64,000 nt of DNA from an uncultured Oscillospiraceae bacterium. Its GTDB lineage: Bacteria > Bacillota > Clostridia > Oscillospirales > QAMX01. The first letter of the stretch is position 1. Each line of letters begins with the position of its first letter. A program made the position numbers and the translations under genes. The DNA lies in contig CAYWVF010000008.1 in the NCBI GenBank assembly GCA_964461815.1, positions 11,638 to 75,637 of the forward strand, in the 5' to 3' direction. Below are positions 55,018 to 64,000 of this stretch, piece after piece. The notes beneath the pieces are model-generated. The model did not search any database. It was not told the DNA's origin and was given only the letters and a program-made list of their open reading frames with translations.

Positions 55018-58000
55018 GTGGATTGGTATAAAAAAAGCGCAGATCAAGTCCTGAAGGAGCAAAACAGCGACATAAATGTCGGACTTACCGAATTTAACGC
55101 ATCTCACAGGCTTGAAAAATACGGCGAAAACAAGCTCCCGGATAAAGCAAAGAAGAGTATGCTTACAAAGATATGGGAGCAGGTAAGCGATTTTCTTATA
55201 ATAGTATTACTGATAGCGGCGGTCGTATCGGCGATAGTCGGAGAGTACCTTGATGCAGGAGTCATACTTGCGATAGTGGTGCTCAATGCGGCACTGGGAA
55301 TAATACAGGAGGGCAAGGCTGAGAAGGCTCTCGAGTCGCTTCAGAAGATGGCAGCACCGAATGCACGTGTGCTGCGTGACGGACGTGTGCAGATGGTACC
55401 TACGGCTAAGCTTGTACCGGGCGATATCGTAGTGCTTGAAGCAGGCGATATAATAGCGGCAGATATGAGACTTGTGGAGTCTGCAAATCTCAAGGTGGAC
55501 GAATCCTCCTTGACAGGTGAATCCGTGCCTGCCGAAAAGGATGCGGACGATATCATAAACGGTGATGCCGGTATCGGCGACAGATCAAATATGTGCTACA
55601 TGGGCTGCATAGTAAGCTACGGTCGAGGCAAGGGCTGCGTAGTCGAGACAGGTCTCAATACGGAAATAGGACGTATCGCAGGTAAGCTCCAGGATATCGA
55701 GGAGGATGAAACACCTCTTCAGCAGAGCCTTGCGAAGATGGGCAAGCTGCTCGGTATGATATGCCTCGCAGTATGTGCTCTCGTATTCATACTCGGACTT
55801 ATCCGTCAGGGCGTTGAGGGCGGCAATATCATGAATATGTTCATGATATCGGTAAGCCTTGCTGTTGCAGCTATCCCGGAGGGACTTCCGGCAGTAGTAA
55901 CGATAGTGCTTGCAATGGGCATGAAGCGTATGGTCACGAGAAATGCCATAGTCAAGAGACTGCTTGCGGTTGAAACGCTCGGCTCTGTCAGCGTTATATG
56001 CTCCGATAAAACAGGTACACTTACACAGAATGAGATGACGGTACAGTTTGCGTGGGCAGGCGGTCATGCATACAATGTAAGCGGTACGGGCTATGCTCCT
56101 GACGGCGAGTTTACAGATATTAACGGCAAGACGGTCGATGTATCGAAGAACCGCAGCCTTGCGATGATGCTTACAGGTGGCGTGCTTTGTAATGATGCTA
56201 CGGTAAGCTCAAATCCGAATGGCGGCTGGAGCATCACAGGCGATCCTACGGAGGCTGCACTTATCACGGCAGCATCCAAGGCAGGATTATCAAAGAGCGA
56301 TCTGAACGATATTTTCGCACGCTTCACGGAGCTCCCCTTTGATTCGGATCGCAAGATGATGACAACGTTCCATAAGGGACGTGTACATCCGATATCATAT
56401 ACAAAGGGCGCTCCCGATGTAGTCATATCGAGATGTAAATATATAGATATTGACGGCACTGTTCATCCTATGACGGATGAGATGAGAAAGAAGGCTATGG
56501 AGCTGAACTCATACATGGCAAAGCAGGCACTTCGTGTGCTGGCTGTTGCGTATCGTGAGTATACCGAGCTTCCGGCAGACTCATCAAGTGAGACAATAGA
56601 GAACAATATGGTGCTGCTCGGACTCGTAGGCATGTGCGATCCGGCAAGACCCGAGGCTGCGGCTGCGATAAAGGTATGCCGCACGGCAGGTATACGCCCT
56701 GTTATGATAACGGGTGACTATAAGGATACGGCTGTAGCTATAGCGCAGGATCTTGATCTTATGCGTGAGGGCGACGGCGTATTGACAGGCGCACAGGTCA
56801 CGGCTATGAGTGATGAGGAGCTGCGTGAAGCAGTCAAGAATACGGCTGTTTATGCGAGAGTATCGCCAGATGATAAGGTGAGAATAGTTACAGCACTCAG
56901 AGACAACGGTGAAGTGACGGCAATGACAGGCGACGGCGTTAACGATGCTATGGCATTGAAGCGTGCCGATATCGGCGTGAGCATGGGTATCACAGGCACG
57001 GACGTTGCGAAGAATACAGCCGACATGGTACTGACAGACGACAACTTCGCATCGATAGTTTCCGCCGTAGAAGAGGGCAGAACGATATATGCAAACATCA
57101 GAAAGTTTGTAAACTTCCTGCTTTCATGTAATATAGGTGAGATACTCATCGTATTTTTCGCAATACTTTTCGGACTTCCGATGCCGTTCACGGCTATCCA
57201 GCTGCTGTGGCTCAACCTCGTTACAGACAGCTTCCCGGCATTGGCACTCGGCTCTGAGCGCGGCGAGCGTGATGTAATGAAGCATAAGCCGAGAACAAAG
57301 GATGCTCAGATAATAGATAAGCGCATGATGTTCGGTATAGGCGTTCAGTCTGTCGTGCTTGCGATCACAGTCCTTGGCGGCTACATGTTCGCAAGACATA
57401 TAGGCTCGGGCAGAGGCTATAATGCCGATGAGCTCACAATGTATTCGCAGACCATCGCATTTGCAATGCTCATCTGCTGTGAGCTGCTTCGCAGCTTTGC
57501 ATGTCGCAGTGAACGCACACCGCTTTTGAAGCTCGGTATCGCAACAAATAAGAACCTTGTTTATTCCGTACTCGGAGCATTTGCTCTGCTGCTGTGCTCA
57601 CTGTATATCCCGTTCCTCCGTCCGCTGTTCAAGACAGTGGCGCTCGGCTTCGGTGATTGGCTGATAATACTCGTAGGCTGCTTTATCCCGCTGCTGGCAG
57701 GCGAGCTTTACAAGATGTTTGCAGTACCTGCACTTGAAAAAAGCAATATACTTTCGGTAAGCACCGCACATCACAGAGTGCATGAGACTGAGCCTAAGCA
57801 TAAAAAGAGAGGTATCATGTCAATGCTCGGAGGTAAGGATCCGACACAGTTTGACGATGATGAATACGAGGGTAAGGCATTCAGACCGAAGATAGGCGAC
57901 GACATCCCGGATATGCCGGCAAGCCTTGAGGAGCTTGGTGAAGCTGATCTCGACATTGCTGAGGATGAGCTTTACGATCCGCAGACACATGGTGAGCTCG

Positions 58001-58044
58001 GCGACAGCTCCGAGGACACAGACAACGAAAATAAAGAAGAATAA
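55018..58044 (+). CDS. P-type Ca2+-transporting ATPase (P2A/YloB-like) with an acidic C-terminal extension of about 107 aa
   Basis: Motifs: ICSDKTGTLTQNEM (phosphorylation site), TGES, MITGDYKDTA, MTGDGVNDAMALK, and PEGLP in TM4. GTG start with GAGGG 7 nt upstream. Confidence 0.9.
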   Translation: MDWYKKSADQVLKEQNSDINVGLTEFNASHRLEKYGENKLPDKAKKSMLTKIWEQVSDFLIIVLLIAAVVSAIVGEYLDAGVILAIVVLNAALGIIQEGKAEKALESLQKMAAPNARVLRDGRVQMVPTAKLVPGDIVVLEAGDIIAADMRLVESANLKVDESSLTGESVPAEKDADDIINGDAGIGDRSNMCYMGCIVSYGRGKGCVVETGLNTEIGRIAGKLQDIEEDETPLQQSLAKMGKLLGMICLAVCALVFILGLIRQGVEGGNIMNMFMISVSLAVAAIPEGLPAVVTIVLAMGMKRMVTRNAIVKRLLAVETLGSVSVICSDKTGTLTQNEMTVQFAWAGGHAYNVSGTGYAPDGEFTDINGKTVDVSKNRSLAMMLTGGVLCNDATVSSNPNGGWSITGDPTEAALITAASKAGLSKSDLNDIFARFTELPFDSDRKMMTTFHKGRVHPISYTKGAPDVVISRCKYIDIDGTVHPMTDEMRKKAMELNSYMAKQALRVLAVAYREYTELPADSSSETIENNMVLLGLVGMCDPARPEAAAAIKVCRTAGIRPVMITGDYKDTAVAIAQDLDLMREGDGVLTGAQVTAMSDEELREAVKNTAVYARVSPDDKVRIVTALRDNGEVTAMTGDGVNDAMALKRADIGVSMGITGTDVAKNTADMVLTDDNFASIVSAVEEGRTIYANIRKFVNFLLSCNIGEILIVFFAILFGLPMPFTAIQLLWLNLVTDSFPALALGSERGERDVMKHKPRTKDAQIIDKRMMFGIGVQSVVLAITVLGGYMFARHIGSGRGYNADELTMYSQTIAFAMLICCELLRSFACRSERTPLLKLGIATNKNLVYSVLGAFALLLCSLYIPFLRPLFKTVALGFGDWLIILVGCFIPLLAGELYKMFAVPALEKSNILSVSTAHHRVHETEPKHKKRGIMSMLGGKDPTQFDDDEYEGKAFRPKIGDDIPDMPASLEELGEADLDIAEDELYDPQTHGELGDSSEDTDNENKEE

Positions 58045-58050
58045 GCTGAA

Positions 58051-58083
58051 AAATATCGGAACGCTATCTGCGTTCCGATATTT
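58051..58083 (+). terminator. hairpin terminator after the ATPase gene
   Basis: 14-bp perfect stem aaatatcggaacgc / gcgttccgatattt with loop tatct. The T tract is partly inside the stem. Confidence 0.65.
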
Positions 58084-58107
58084 ACATGCATAAGAGGATA
58101 AAATGCC

Positions 58108-59217
58108 ATGGATAAAGTGAAAAGATTTTGCAAAGACGAGATAGTGCTTATAATTTCGTTCGTTCTTGCGGTCATATCGTCGTTTATCGTAAAGCCCTGC
58201 GCCGAATACATAGATTACATCGATTTTCGCACACTTTCACTGCTTTTCTGTCTGATGCTTGTCATGGCAGGACTCAGCGGACTGGGAATATTCAAAATAT
58301 TAGCTCAGCTGCTGCTAAGAAAAGTGGGTACTGTTCGAGGACTGAGCTTATCACTGTGCTTAGTGTGCTTTTTCTCGTCAATGGTGATCACAAATGACGT
58401 AGCACTTATCACATTCGTGCCATTCACGATTGTGACACTGAAAATGTCGGGGAAAATGTCAAGGCTCATACCCCTTGTAACACTGGAAACGATAGCAGCG
58501 AATCTCGGAAGTATGCTGACACCTATAGGTAATCCGCAGAACCTGTATCTGTTCTCCGCATTCGATATGAGCATGAGCGATTTTCTTACGACGATAATGC
58601 CGTATGCACTGCTCAGTCTTGTAATGATAGTGATATCGACGATGCTTATCGGACGGGAAAGGGTAAAGCTTGAGGAAAACGAGACGCAGGATAGCGCGGT
58701 CGATGTAAGACGCTGTGTGATATACGCAGTACTGTTCATTATCGCACTGCTGACCGTGTTTCGTGTGATACCGTATATCGTAACGCTTGCGGTGACTGTT
58801 GCGGCGGTGCTTGTGAGCGACAGACGGACGATCACGAGAGTAGACTACAGTTTGCTTTTGACCTTCGTTTTCCTTTTCATATTTATAGGAAACCTCGGAA
58901 ATATAGATACTGTAAATGAGCTTCTGAGAGGTATCGTTTCGGGAAATGAGGTAGTTGTAGGCGTATTGGCAAGTCAGGTATTTTCAAATGTGCCTGCTGC
59001 ACTGCTGCTGTCGGGCTTTACAGATAATGCGAGAGCACTGCTCATCGGTGTGAACCTCGGAGGACTCGGAACGTTGATAGCATCGATGGCGAGCCTTATC
59101 TCATTTAAGCTGATAGCAAAGGAAAATGTAAGCACGGCACGGTATTTATGCGTATTTACGGTAGTAAATGTAGTATTTCTGGCAGCAAATATGGCACTTT
59201 GGCTGTGCATCGCTTGA
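58108..59217 (+). CDS. ArsB/NhaD/CitMHS-superfamily anion permease
   Basis: 369-aa polytopic protein. It has TNDVALITFVPFT and the repeated motif SMLTPIGNPQNL typical of this superfamily. GAGGA lies 9 nt upstream. Confidence 0.7.
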   Translation: MDKVKRFCKDEIVLIISFVLAVISSFIVKPCAEYIDYIDFRTLSLLFCLMLVMAGLSGLGIFKILAQLLLRKVGTVRGLSLSLCLVCFFSSMVITNDVALITFVPFTIVTLKMSGKMSRLIPLVTLETIAANLGSMLTPIGNPQNLYLFSAFDMSMSDFLTTIMPYALLSLVMIVISTMLIGRERVKLEENETQDSAVDVRRCVIYAVLFIIALLTVFRVIPYIVTLAVTVAAVLVSDRRTITRVDYSLLLTFVFLFIFIGNLGNIDTVNELLRGIVSGNEVVVGVLASQVFSNVPAALLLSGFTDNARALLIGVNLGGLGTLIASMASLISFKLIAKENVSTARYLCVFTVVNVVFLAANMALWLCIA

Positions 59218-59254
59218 TCGGTGCAATATATAATAATAAAAGGAGATCACGTTC

Positions 59255-59671
59255 ATGAGATCATACAGAAAAGAGCTTCGATTCAATCTTCCCACACGCA
59301 GAGCTATAGTCAATATCACTCCGGATGTAGAGCAGGCAGTACGTGAGTCGGGAGTCAAAGAGGGACTTGTGCTTGTCAATGCAATGAATATTACGGCAAG
59401 TGTGTTTATAAATGACGACGAAGAGGGACTGCACAGCGACTTTGAAAAGTGGCTTGAGGGGATCGCACCCGAAAAGCCGTATTCACGCTATGCACATAAC
59501 GGCTTCGAGGACAATGCAGATGCACATCTCAAGCGCACGATAATGGGACGTGAGACTGTAGTTGCGATAACTGACGGCAAGCTCGACTTCGGTACATGGG
59601 AGCAGATATTCTATTATGAATTTGACGGTAAGAGAACGAAGCATGTGCTTGTAAAGATCATCGGTGAATAA
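59255..59671 (+). CDS. yjbQ: YjbQ/UPF0047 family protein (secondary thiamine-phosphate synthase)
   Basis: 138 aa with ITPDV...V..SG...G...V...H.TAS......E.GL..D.......AP........H......NADAHLK..I.G. Confidence 0.85.
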   Translation: MRSYRKELRFNLPTRRAIVNITPDVEQAVRESGVKEGLVLVNAMNITASVFINDDEEGLHSDFEKWLEGIAPEKPYSRYAHNGFEDNADAHLKRTIMGRETVVAITDGKLDFGTWEQIFYYEFDGKRTKHVLVKIIGE

Positions 59672-59792
59672 CAAAGCCGTGACTTTTCCACTGTACAGGG
59701 GTAATCCTATGTAAGAATAAAAATGACATGCATGTGACAGACAGAGCATATACCTTTACTGCCTGTCGGTAAGAAAAAAGGAGAAAATACAA

Positions 59793-60446
59793 ATGAAAAG
59801 CAAAGCAAAAAAGCAGCTGATCACGGGAGCGGTACTTTTTATCGTATTCATACTGTATACTATATCACTTACGTTTGCGGATATGCAGCCGATAGGCCCG
59901 AATGGGTCGTATGTAGCATACGCAGGTATCAACAAAGCGGTGCATGAGCTGTTCGGAGTACATATGGTGCTTTATGATATAACCGATTGGGCAGGAGTTG
60001 CAGCAATACTGGTCGCATTCGGCTTTGCTGTGCTCGGACTGGTGCAGTTAGTAAAGAGGAAAAGTCTCCGCAAGGTAGACAGCAGCATAATAGTGCTTGG
60101 TGCATTTTACATTTTTGTATTTTGCGTCTATGCGTTCTTTGAATTGAATGTGATAAATCGACGTCCTGTGCTGATAAACGGTATTCTCGAGGCATCCTAT
60201 CCGTCGTCTACGACGATGCTTGCAATGTGCATCCTGCCGACGGCTATGATGCAGCTCCACCGTCTGATCAAAAACATAAAGCTCAGGAGCACGGTGAACA
60301 TCCTGCTCGGTCTGTTTACGGCATTTATGGTCATCGGACGTCTTATCTGCGGTGTGCATTGGTTTACGGATATACTTGGAGGCTTGATCTTCAGCGTATC
60401 GGCTATCCTGCTCTACTGCGCTGCGACAGGCTTTGTCGAGCAATAA
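59793..60446 (+). CDS. PAP2-family phosphatase (membrane)
   Basis: Polytopic protein. PSSTT and GVHWFTDILGG match PAP2 motifs C2 and C3. Confidence 0.75.
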   Translation: MKSKAKKQLITGAVLFIVFILYTISLTFADMQPIGPNGSYVAYAGINKAVHELFGVHMVLYDITDWAGVAAILVAFGFAVLGLVQLVKRKSLRKVDSSIIVLGAFYIFVFCVYAFFELNVINRRPVLINGILEASYPSSTTMLAMCILPTAMMQLHRLIKNIKLRSTVNILLGLFTAFMVIGRLICGVHWFTDILGGLIFSVSAILLYCAATGFVEQ

Positions 60447-60479
60447 AGAGCAAGTCAAATAAGAGAAGAGGTGTGTCGG

Positions 60480-60992
60480 GTGGCTACTAATGGACGTGAG
60501 ATTTCCGATACATATTCTCGCTGCACAGCACATAAAGGCTGCCGTATCGTCAGGCTGACGGACGAGCCTGAAATGAAGAGTGCGGCAGCGGAGTGGTTTC
60601 ACGAGAAGTGGGGAATACCGGTGTCTGCATATCTCGACAGCATGGATGAGTGTTTGAAAAGCAGCTCTGCTGTTCCGCAGTGGTATATGGCATTAGACGA
60701 CGGCAACAGGCTTATAGGCGGAATGGGCGTTATCGATAACGATTTCCACGACCGCAAGGAGCTGACACCGAATGTTTGTGCCGTATATGTGGAGGAGCAG
60801 TGGCGAGGTCAAAGGCTCGCAGGTAAAATACTCGATCATGTGTACTGTGATATGAAGACGAACGGCATAGATACTCTTTACCTTGTTACCGATCATGTCG
60901 GTCTTTACGAGCGGTACGGCTGGGAATTTCTCTGCATGGTGCAGGGTGACGGAGAGGATCACAAATCAAGGATGTATATGAAGAAGCTGTAA
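60480..60992 (+). CDS. GNAT-family N-acetyltransferase
   Basis: VYVEEQWRGQRLAGKILDHV is GNAT motif A (Q/RxxGxG/A-like). The start is uncertain: GTG at 60480, GTG at 60471, or a later ATG. Confidence 0.7.
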   Translation: MATNGREISDTYSRCTAHKGCRIVRLTDEPEMKSAAAEWFHEKWGIPVSAYLDSMDECLKSSSAVPQWYMALDDGNRLIGGMGVIDNDFHDRKELTPNVCAVYVEEQWRGQRLAGKILDHVYCDMKTNGIDTLYLVTDHVGLYERYGWEFLCMVQGDGEDHKSRMYMKKL

Positions 60993-61159
60993 GAGGATAA
61001 AGTATTCGGTGTGAAGCTCGACTTTGCACCTTTTTCGACGGTGCGTATGCTCGTTTTCAGTGAAAGCTGCTGCAAATTCCGAAGAAGGAGAGTCGAAATT
61101 ATGGGAAACGGGTTGTATATATTTATTATTCTTCTTATTATTATCGCATGTGAGCGGTT

Positions 61160-61197
61160 CAGAAGAAGAAAAAATGCGGCGATCATAAGTCGCCGCA
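61160..61197 (-). terminator. minus-strand intrinsic terminator about 250 nt beyond the MATE stop
   Basis: 8-bp GC-rich stem tgcggcga / tcgccgca (61175-61197). On the minus strand it is followed by ttttttcttcttct. Confidence 0.55.
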
Positions 61198-61226
61198 GTA
61201 ATCATAGAAATAAGGAGTGCAAAAGA

Positions 61227-61445
61227 ATGAAAGGATTAGCTGAAAAATTTATCGGTAAGGAATGCCTGGTATATACCATTACAAGTGATACCACAAGCAT
61301 TAAGGGTACGATAACGGAGGTCACCGACAACGGTATTTTGGTTGAATATAACGGCAATATCCAGGCTGTAAATCTCGAATACGTAACACGCATTCAGGAG
61401 TGGCCGAAAAATTCAAAGGGAAAGAAGAAGTCTATCCTTGCTTAA
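61227..61445 (+). CDS. small hypothetical protein (72 aa, beta-rich, Lys-rich tail); an in-frame longer form could start at 61101
   Basis: TAAGGAG lies 9 nt before the ATG at 61227. An upstream in-frame ATG at 61101, with AAGGAG 10 nt upstream, would add a TM helix LYIFIILLIIIAC. Confidence 0.55.
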   Translation: MKGLAEKFIGKECLVYTITSDTTSIKGTITEVTDNGILVEYNGNIQAVNLEYVTRIQEWPKNSKGKKKSILA

Positions 61446-61449
61446 TGTC

Positions 61450-62823
61450 TTAGCCCTTACTTGGCAGATTTTGCCTTGCTTTTTTCAGCCAATTGCCCTT
61501 GAAATAGTAGACTGAGAATGCGATAACGTTTACGAGCCATGAAGCAGGGTAGCAGCAGGTGATGACGTGGATATTGTCTATCAAAGGAACTAAGACGAAG
61601 AGATAGACGATCCTAAATATGCACAGCGTTACGATCGAGATCATCATCGGAGGAGTCGAGACGCCTGCACCGCGTATACTGCCCGACATGGCTTCGGCGA
61701 TAGCAAGAATAAAATACAGTGATGCGAATATTTTTACGAAGTCGCCGCCGTACGATATGACAGCAGGATCACTGCTCAGAAGTGAGATGAGCGGCTCGGA
61801 GAAGATCGCAGCGACGATACCGAATACAAAGGTCATCGATGCGCTGAGAAGTATACATGTCCTTGAGCCTTTTTTCACTCTGTCGAGATTTCCGGAGCCT
61901 ATGTTTTGCCCGACGAAGGTCGTTACTGTAAGTGCGAGAGCGCTTATCGGCATGTAGATGAATGCATCTATTTTCGCAGCGGCGGCAAAGCCTGCCATTA
62001 TGGTAGAGCCCTCCGCATTTACGAATGACTGAACTATAACGCTGGACAGGTTCATTATCGCAGACTGCATACCTGCCGGAATGCCGATACGGATTATTTC
62101 CTTGAATTGCTGAGTGTCGATACCTATGCTTTTTATAACGAGACGGTAGACATCCTTTGTGCGTATGAGTCTTGCCATGACAAGCACAGCGGATATAGCC
62201 TGGGCAATGATTGTAGCCAATGCGGCACCGTTTATGCCCATATCAAATACCATGACGAATAAAAGGTCAAGCACGATATTCGTCACAGCGGAGGCTGCAA
62301 GATAATACAGCGGACGCTGTGAATCGCCGACTGCACGAAGTATGCCGCTGCCGATGTTGTAGAGCGTTGTAAAGAGCATACCTGCAAAAATAATACGCAG
62401 ATAAGCTACTGCTGCATCAAATACATCCGAGGGAGTTTTTGTAAGCGTGAGTATTTGCGGAGCGAAGATGATGCCGACAACACCGAGCACTATTCCTATG
62501 ATTATCGCCACTGCGAAAGAGGTATGTACCGCCTTATGCAGTCTGTCGTTGTCACGTGCGCCGTATGCCTGCGAGACTACGACTCCGGCACCTGTGCTCA
62601 CTCCGACAAAAAAGCCGATAAACAGGTTTGTGATCTGTCCTGTAGAGCCGACAGCCGCCAAAGCTATCTTACCCAGATACTGTCCTACGATTATCGAGTC
62701 GATAGTGTTGTACAGCTGCTGCAAAAGATTTGTAAGCAGAATAGGAATGGCAAACAGAAGCACTTTTTTCCATATAACGCCCTCTGTCATGTCGACTTTA
62801 GCTGATCTTGCGGATGCACTCAT
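61450..62823 (-). CDS. MATE-family efflux transporter
   Basis: 457 aa with 12 TM segments. The N-terminus W.K.LLFAIPILLTNLLQQLYN.IDSIIVG is typical of MATE/NorM. Confidence 0.9.
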   Translation of the reverse strand: MSASARSAKVDMTEGVIWKKVLLFAIPILLTNLLQQLYNTIDSIIVGQYLGKIALAAVGSTGQITNLFIGFFVGVSTGAGVVVSQAYGARDNDRLHKAVHTSFAVAIIIGIVLGVVGIIFAPQILTLTKTPSDVFDAAVAYLRIIFAGMLFTTLYNIGSGILRAVGDSQRPLYYLAASAVTNIVLDLLFVMVFDMGINGAALATIIAQAISAVLVMARLIRTKDVYRLVIKSIGIDTQQFKEIIRIGIPAGMQSAIMNLSSVIVQSFVNAEGSTIMAGFAAAAKIDAFIYMPISALALTVTTFVGQNIGSGNLDRVKKGSRTCILLSASMTFVFGIVAAIFSEPLISLLSSDPAVISYGGDFVKIFASLYFILAIAEAMSGSIRGAGVSTPPMMISIVTLCIFRIVYLFVLVPLIDNIHVITCCYPASWLVNVIAFSVYYFKGNWLKKARQNLPSKG

Positions 62824-62837
62824 GCGGCTTCAACCTC

Positions 62838-62889
62838 TTTCACATTAATATGTACTTTGATTATAGCACATATTAATGTGAAAATGCAA
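62838..62889 (-). promoter_or_regulatory. MATE promoter with an embedded 16-bp perfect inverted repeat (candidate operator)
   Basis: On the minus strand: TTGCAT (62889-62884), 18-nt spacer, TGcTATAAT. The inverted repeat tttcacattaatatgt (62838-53) / acatattaatgtgaaa (62868-83) brackets the -10 box. Confidence 0.65.
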
Positions 62890-62917
62890 TATTCAGCCTA
62901 AAAAATATACTTTTCTC

Positions 62918-64000
62918 TTACTTCCAATCCGTATAACCGTATTTGGAGAGCACATCGAAAAGAGGCTCGAGCTTATTAAACATGTCGATAAGCTCCTCAT
63001 CCTTTTCATGGTGAAGCTCAAGTGCTGTGCGTACAGAGATCTCCCATAAATTACGTTTTCCGTCTGCCCAGAACAGAGGTGTATAATGATCTGTTCTCAG
63101 GGCAGCTTCTTTTCTTATTTCGGGATGTGTTGCAAAATTCAGCGGCCCTTTGACGATACGAACGGGAATGCGCTCGCCACCGTTTGCTTTGACCGACTCG
63201 GGCATATCGTACTTTTCCTCGATCACAGCCGACTCGGGAATATATGTTTCACATATTCTCGTGAGCGAAGCAAGAGAACGGATGAGTGATTCCTTTAGCA
63301 GAGCATGTCTCTTTTCGAAGTCGTATTTTTCATTTTTAAATATCTCATGAAGCTTTTTTTCAAGTATGCTGCATATCTCCATGTCGGTATCGGCAAGCAT
63401 GTACAGCACATCGCCTACGATCATGCCGTTTCTCTTGAGTATGTCAGGCTCGATGCAGTCGGGTGTGTCCATAGATGAGTGGTAGCTCAGAGCGGGATAG
63501 TTTCCGAATGAGACTGACGGAGTGTCAAGTATAGGATCGCTTATCACATTATCGGATCCGGGCCAGAACGGTCTGGTGGATACAAAGTGAGATGTGCTTG
63601 CATAGTCATCGTAACGCTCATTTGCTGTAAGCATTGCGGCATCCATATATGATCTGTTTGCGAGAGGTGCAAGACACACGTCCATATGTGTACGGTCTAC
63701 CGTCTCATTGCCTACCATATCAGCTACGCACAGGCAAAGTCTTTTGCGGTCGGGATAGTAATAAGTATATCCGATAGAGCCGTCATATTCAGGGCCGAGT
63801 ATGAATCTGATGGTGTGCTTCGGACGTGGGAGCAAACCTTTCTTTATTGCATCGGTAAGACAGCAGCCCAGCTCAAGCAGTGCTGATGCACCCGATGCAT
63901 TGTCATTTGCACCTGGCTCGTCGAGATGAGCATATGCACATACCTCGGGAAGTGACGGGTCTGTACCGAGGATAGCACCTGAGATCACGTATAATGAACC
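62918..64000 (-). CDS. M28-like aminopeptidase-fold protein (DUF4910-type), 5' end beyond the window
   Basis: HLDEPGANDNASGASALLELG is an M28-type metal-ligand region. The frame stays open to nt 64000, so the GTG at 63988 is not the true start. Confidence 0.65.
   Translation of the reverse strand, partial: GSLYVISGAILGTDPSLPEVCAYAHLDEPGANDNASGASALLELGCCLTDAIKKGLLPRPKHTIRFILGPEYDGSIGYTYYYPDRKRLCLCVADMVGNETVDRTHMDVCLAPLANRSYMDAAMLTANERYDDYASTSHFVSTRPFWPGSDNVISDPILDTPSVSFGNYPALSYHSSMDTPDCIEPDILKRNGMIVGDVLYMLADTDMEICSILEKKLHEIFKNEKYDFEKRHALLKESLIRSLASLTRICETYIPESAVIEEKYDMPESVKANGGERIPVRIVKGPLNFATHPEIRKEAALRTDHYTPLFWADGKRNLWEISVRTALELHHEKDEELIDMFNKLEPLFDVLSKYGYTDWK

Noticed and set aside
59672-59792. 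Imperfect hairpin gacagacag...ctgcctgtc between yjbQ and the PAP2 gene, as a possible terminator.
   Set aside because: The stem has an internal mismatch, the loop is long, and no T tract follows. The evidence is too weak to call.
61011-61100. Track start at 61011 for a 144-aa ORF.
   Set aside because: It has no RBS and a non-ATG start, and this part of the sequence is not protein-like. The credible starts are 61101 and 61227.
1-64000. CRISPR arrays, tRNA/rRNA genes, transposases, integrases, prophage or toxin-antitoxin islands.
   Set aside because: I saw no regularly spaced direct repeats, no cloverleaf-capable intergenic segment, and no recombinase or phage-structural motifs. The intergenic regions are short and are accounted for by promoters and terminators.

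Overview
The window looks like core chromosome from a spore-forming Firmicute. Clostridia-type markers are the gpr spore protease, a reverse rubrerythrin, an ecfA-ecfA'-ecfT-truA block and a rimP-nusA-ylxR-ylxQ-infB operon. About 60 protein genes are tightly packed and mostly housekeeping. They cover translation (aspS, hisS, infB, rpsF-ssb-rpsR, rpsT, truA, rluD, rRNA methyltransferases), cell envelope (murA, lspA, flippase, glycosyltransferase), proBA, lrgAB, cobS/cobC, a P-type Ca2+-ATPase and a MATE exporter. I found no tRNA or rRNA gene, CRISPR array, integrase, transposase, prophage or clear defence island. Most of the extra six-frame ORFs are antisense shadows of real genes. I therefore cannot point to one obvious novel system. 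The unusual items are architectural: (1) a WalK-type kinase with YycH/YycI-like partners, no response regulator, and a coupled polytopic membrane protein; (2) an RbfA-DHH (NrnA-like) fusion; (3) a glycosyltransferase-CsaB pyruvyltransferase fusion; (4) a SAMHD1-like HD dNTPase paired with a YwgA-like small protein; (5) a GH20 / stand-alone ACP / NahK cluster; (6) several non-coding elements. The non-coding elements are a 16-bp perfect palindrome across the MATE promoter, a structured 147-nt nusA-ylxR spacer, a rimP leader hairpin, GGATGC repeats in a long murA leader, and a hairpin between the SD and start codon of lrgA. Family calls come from motif recognition by eye. Start codons were chosen from RBS spacing and homologous N-termini. 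No database search or folding computation was run.
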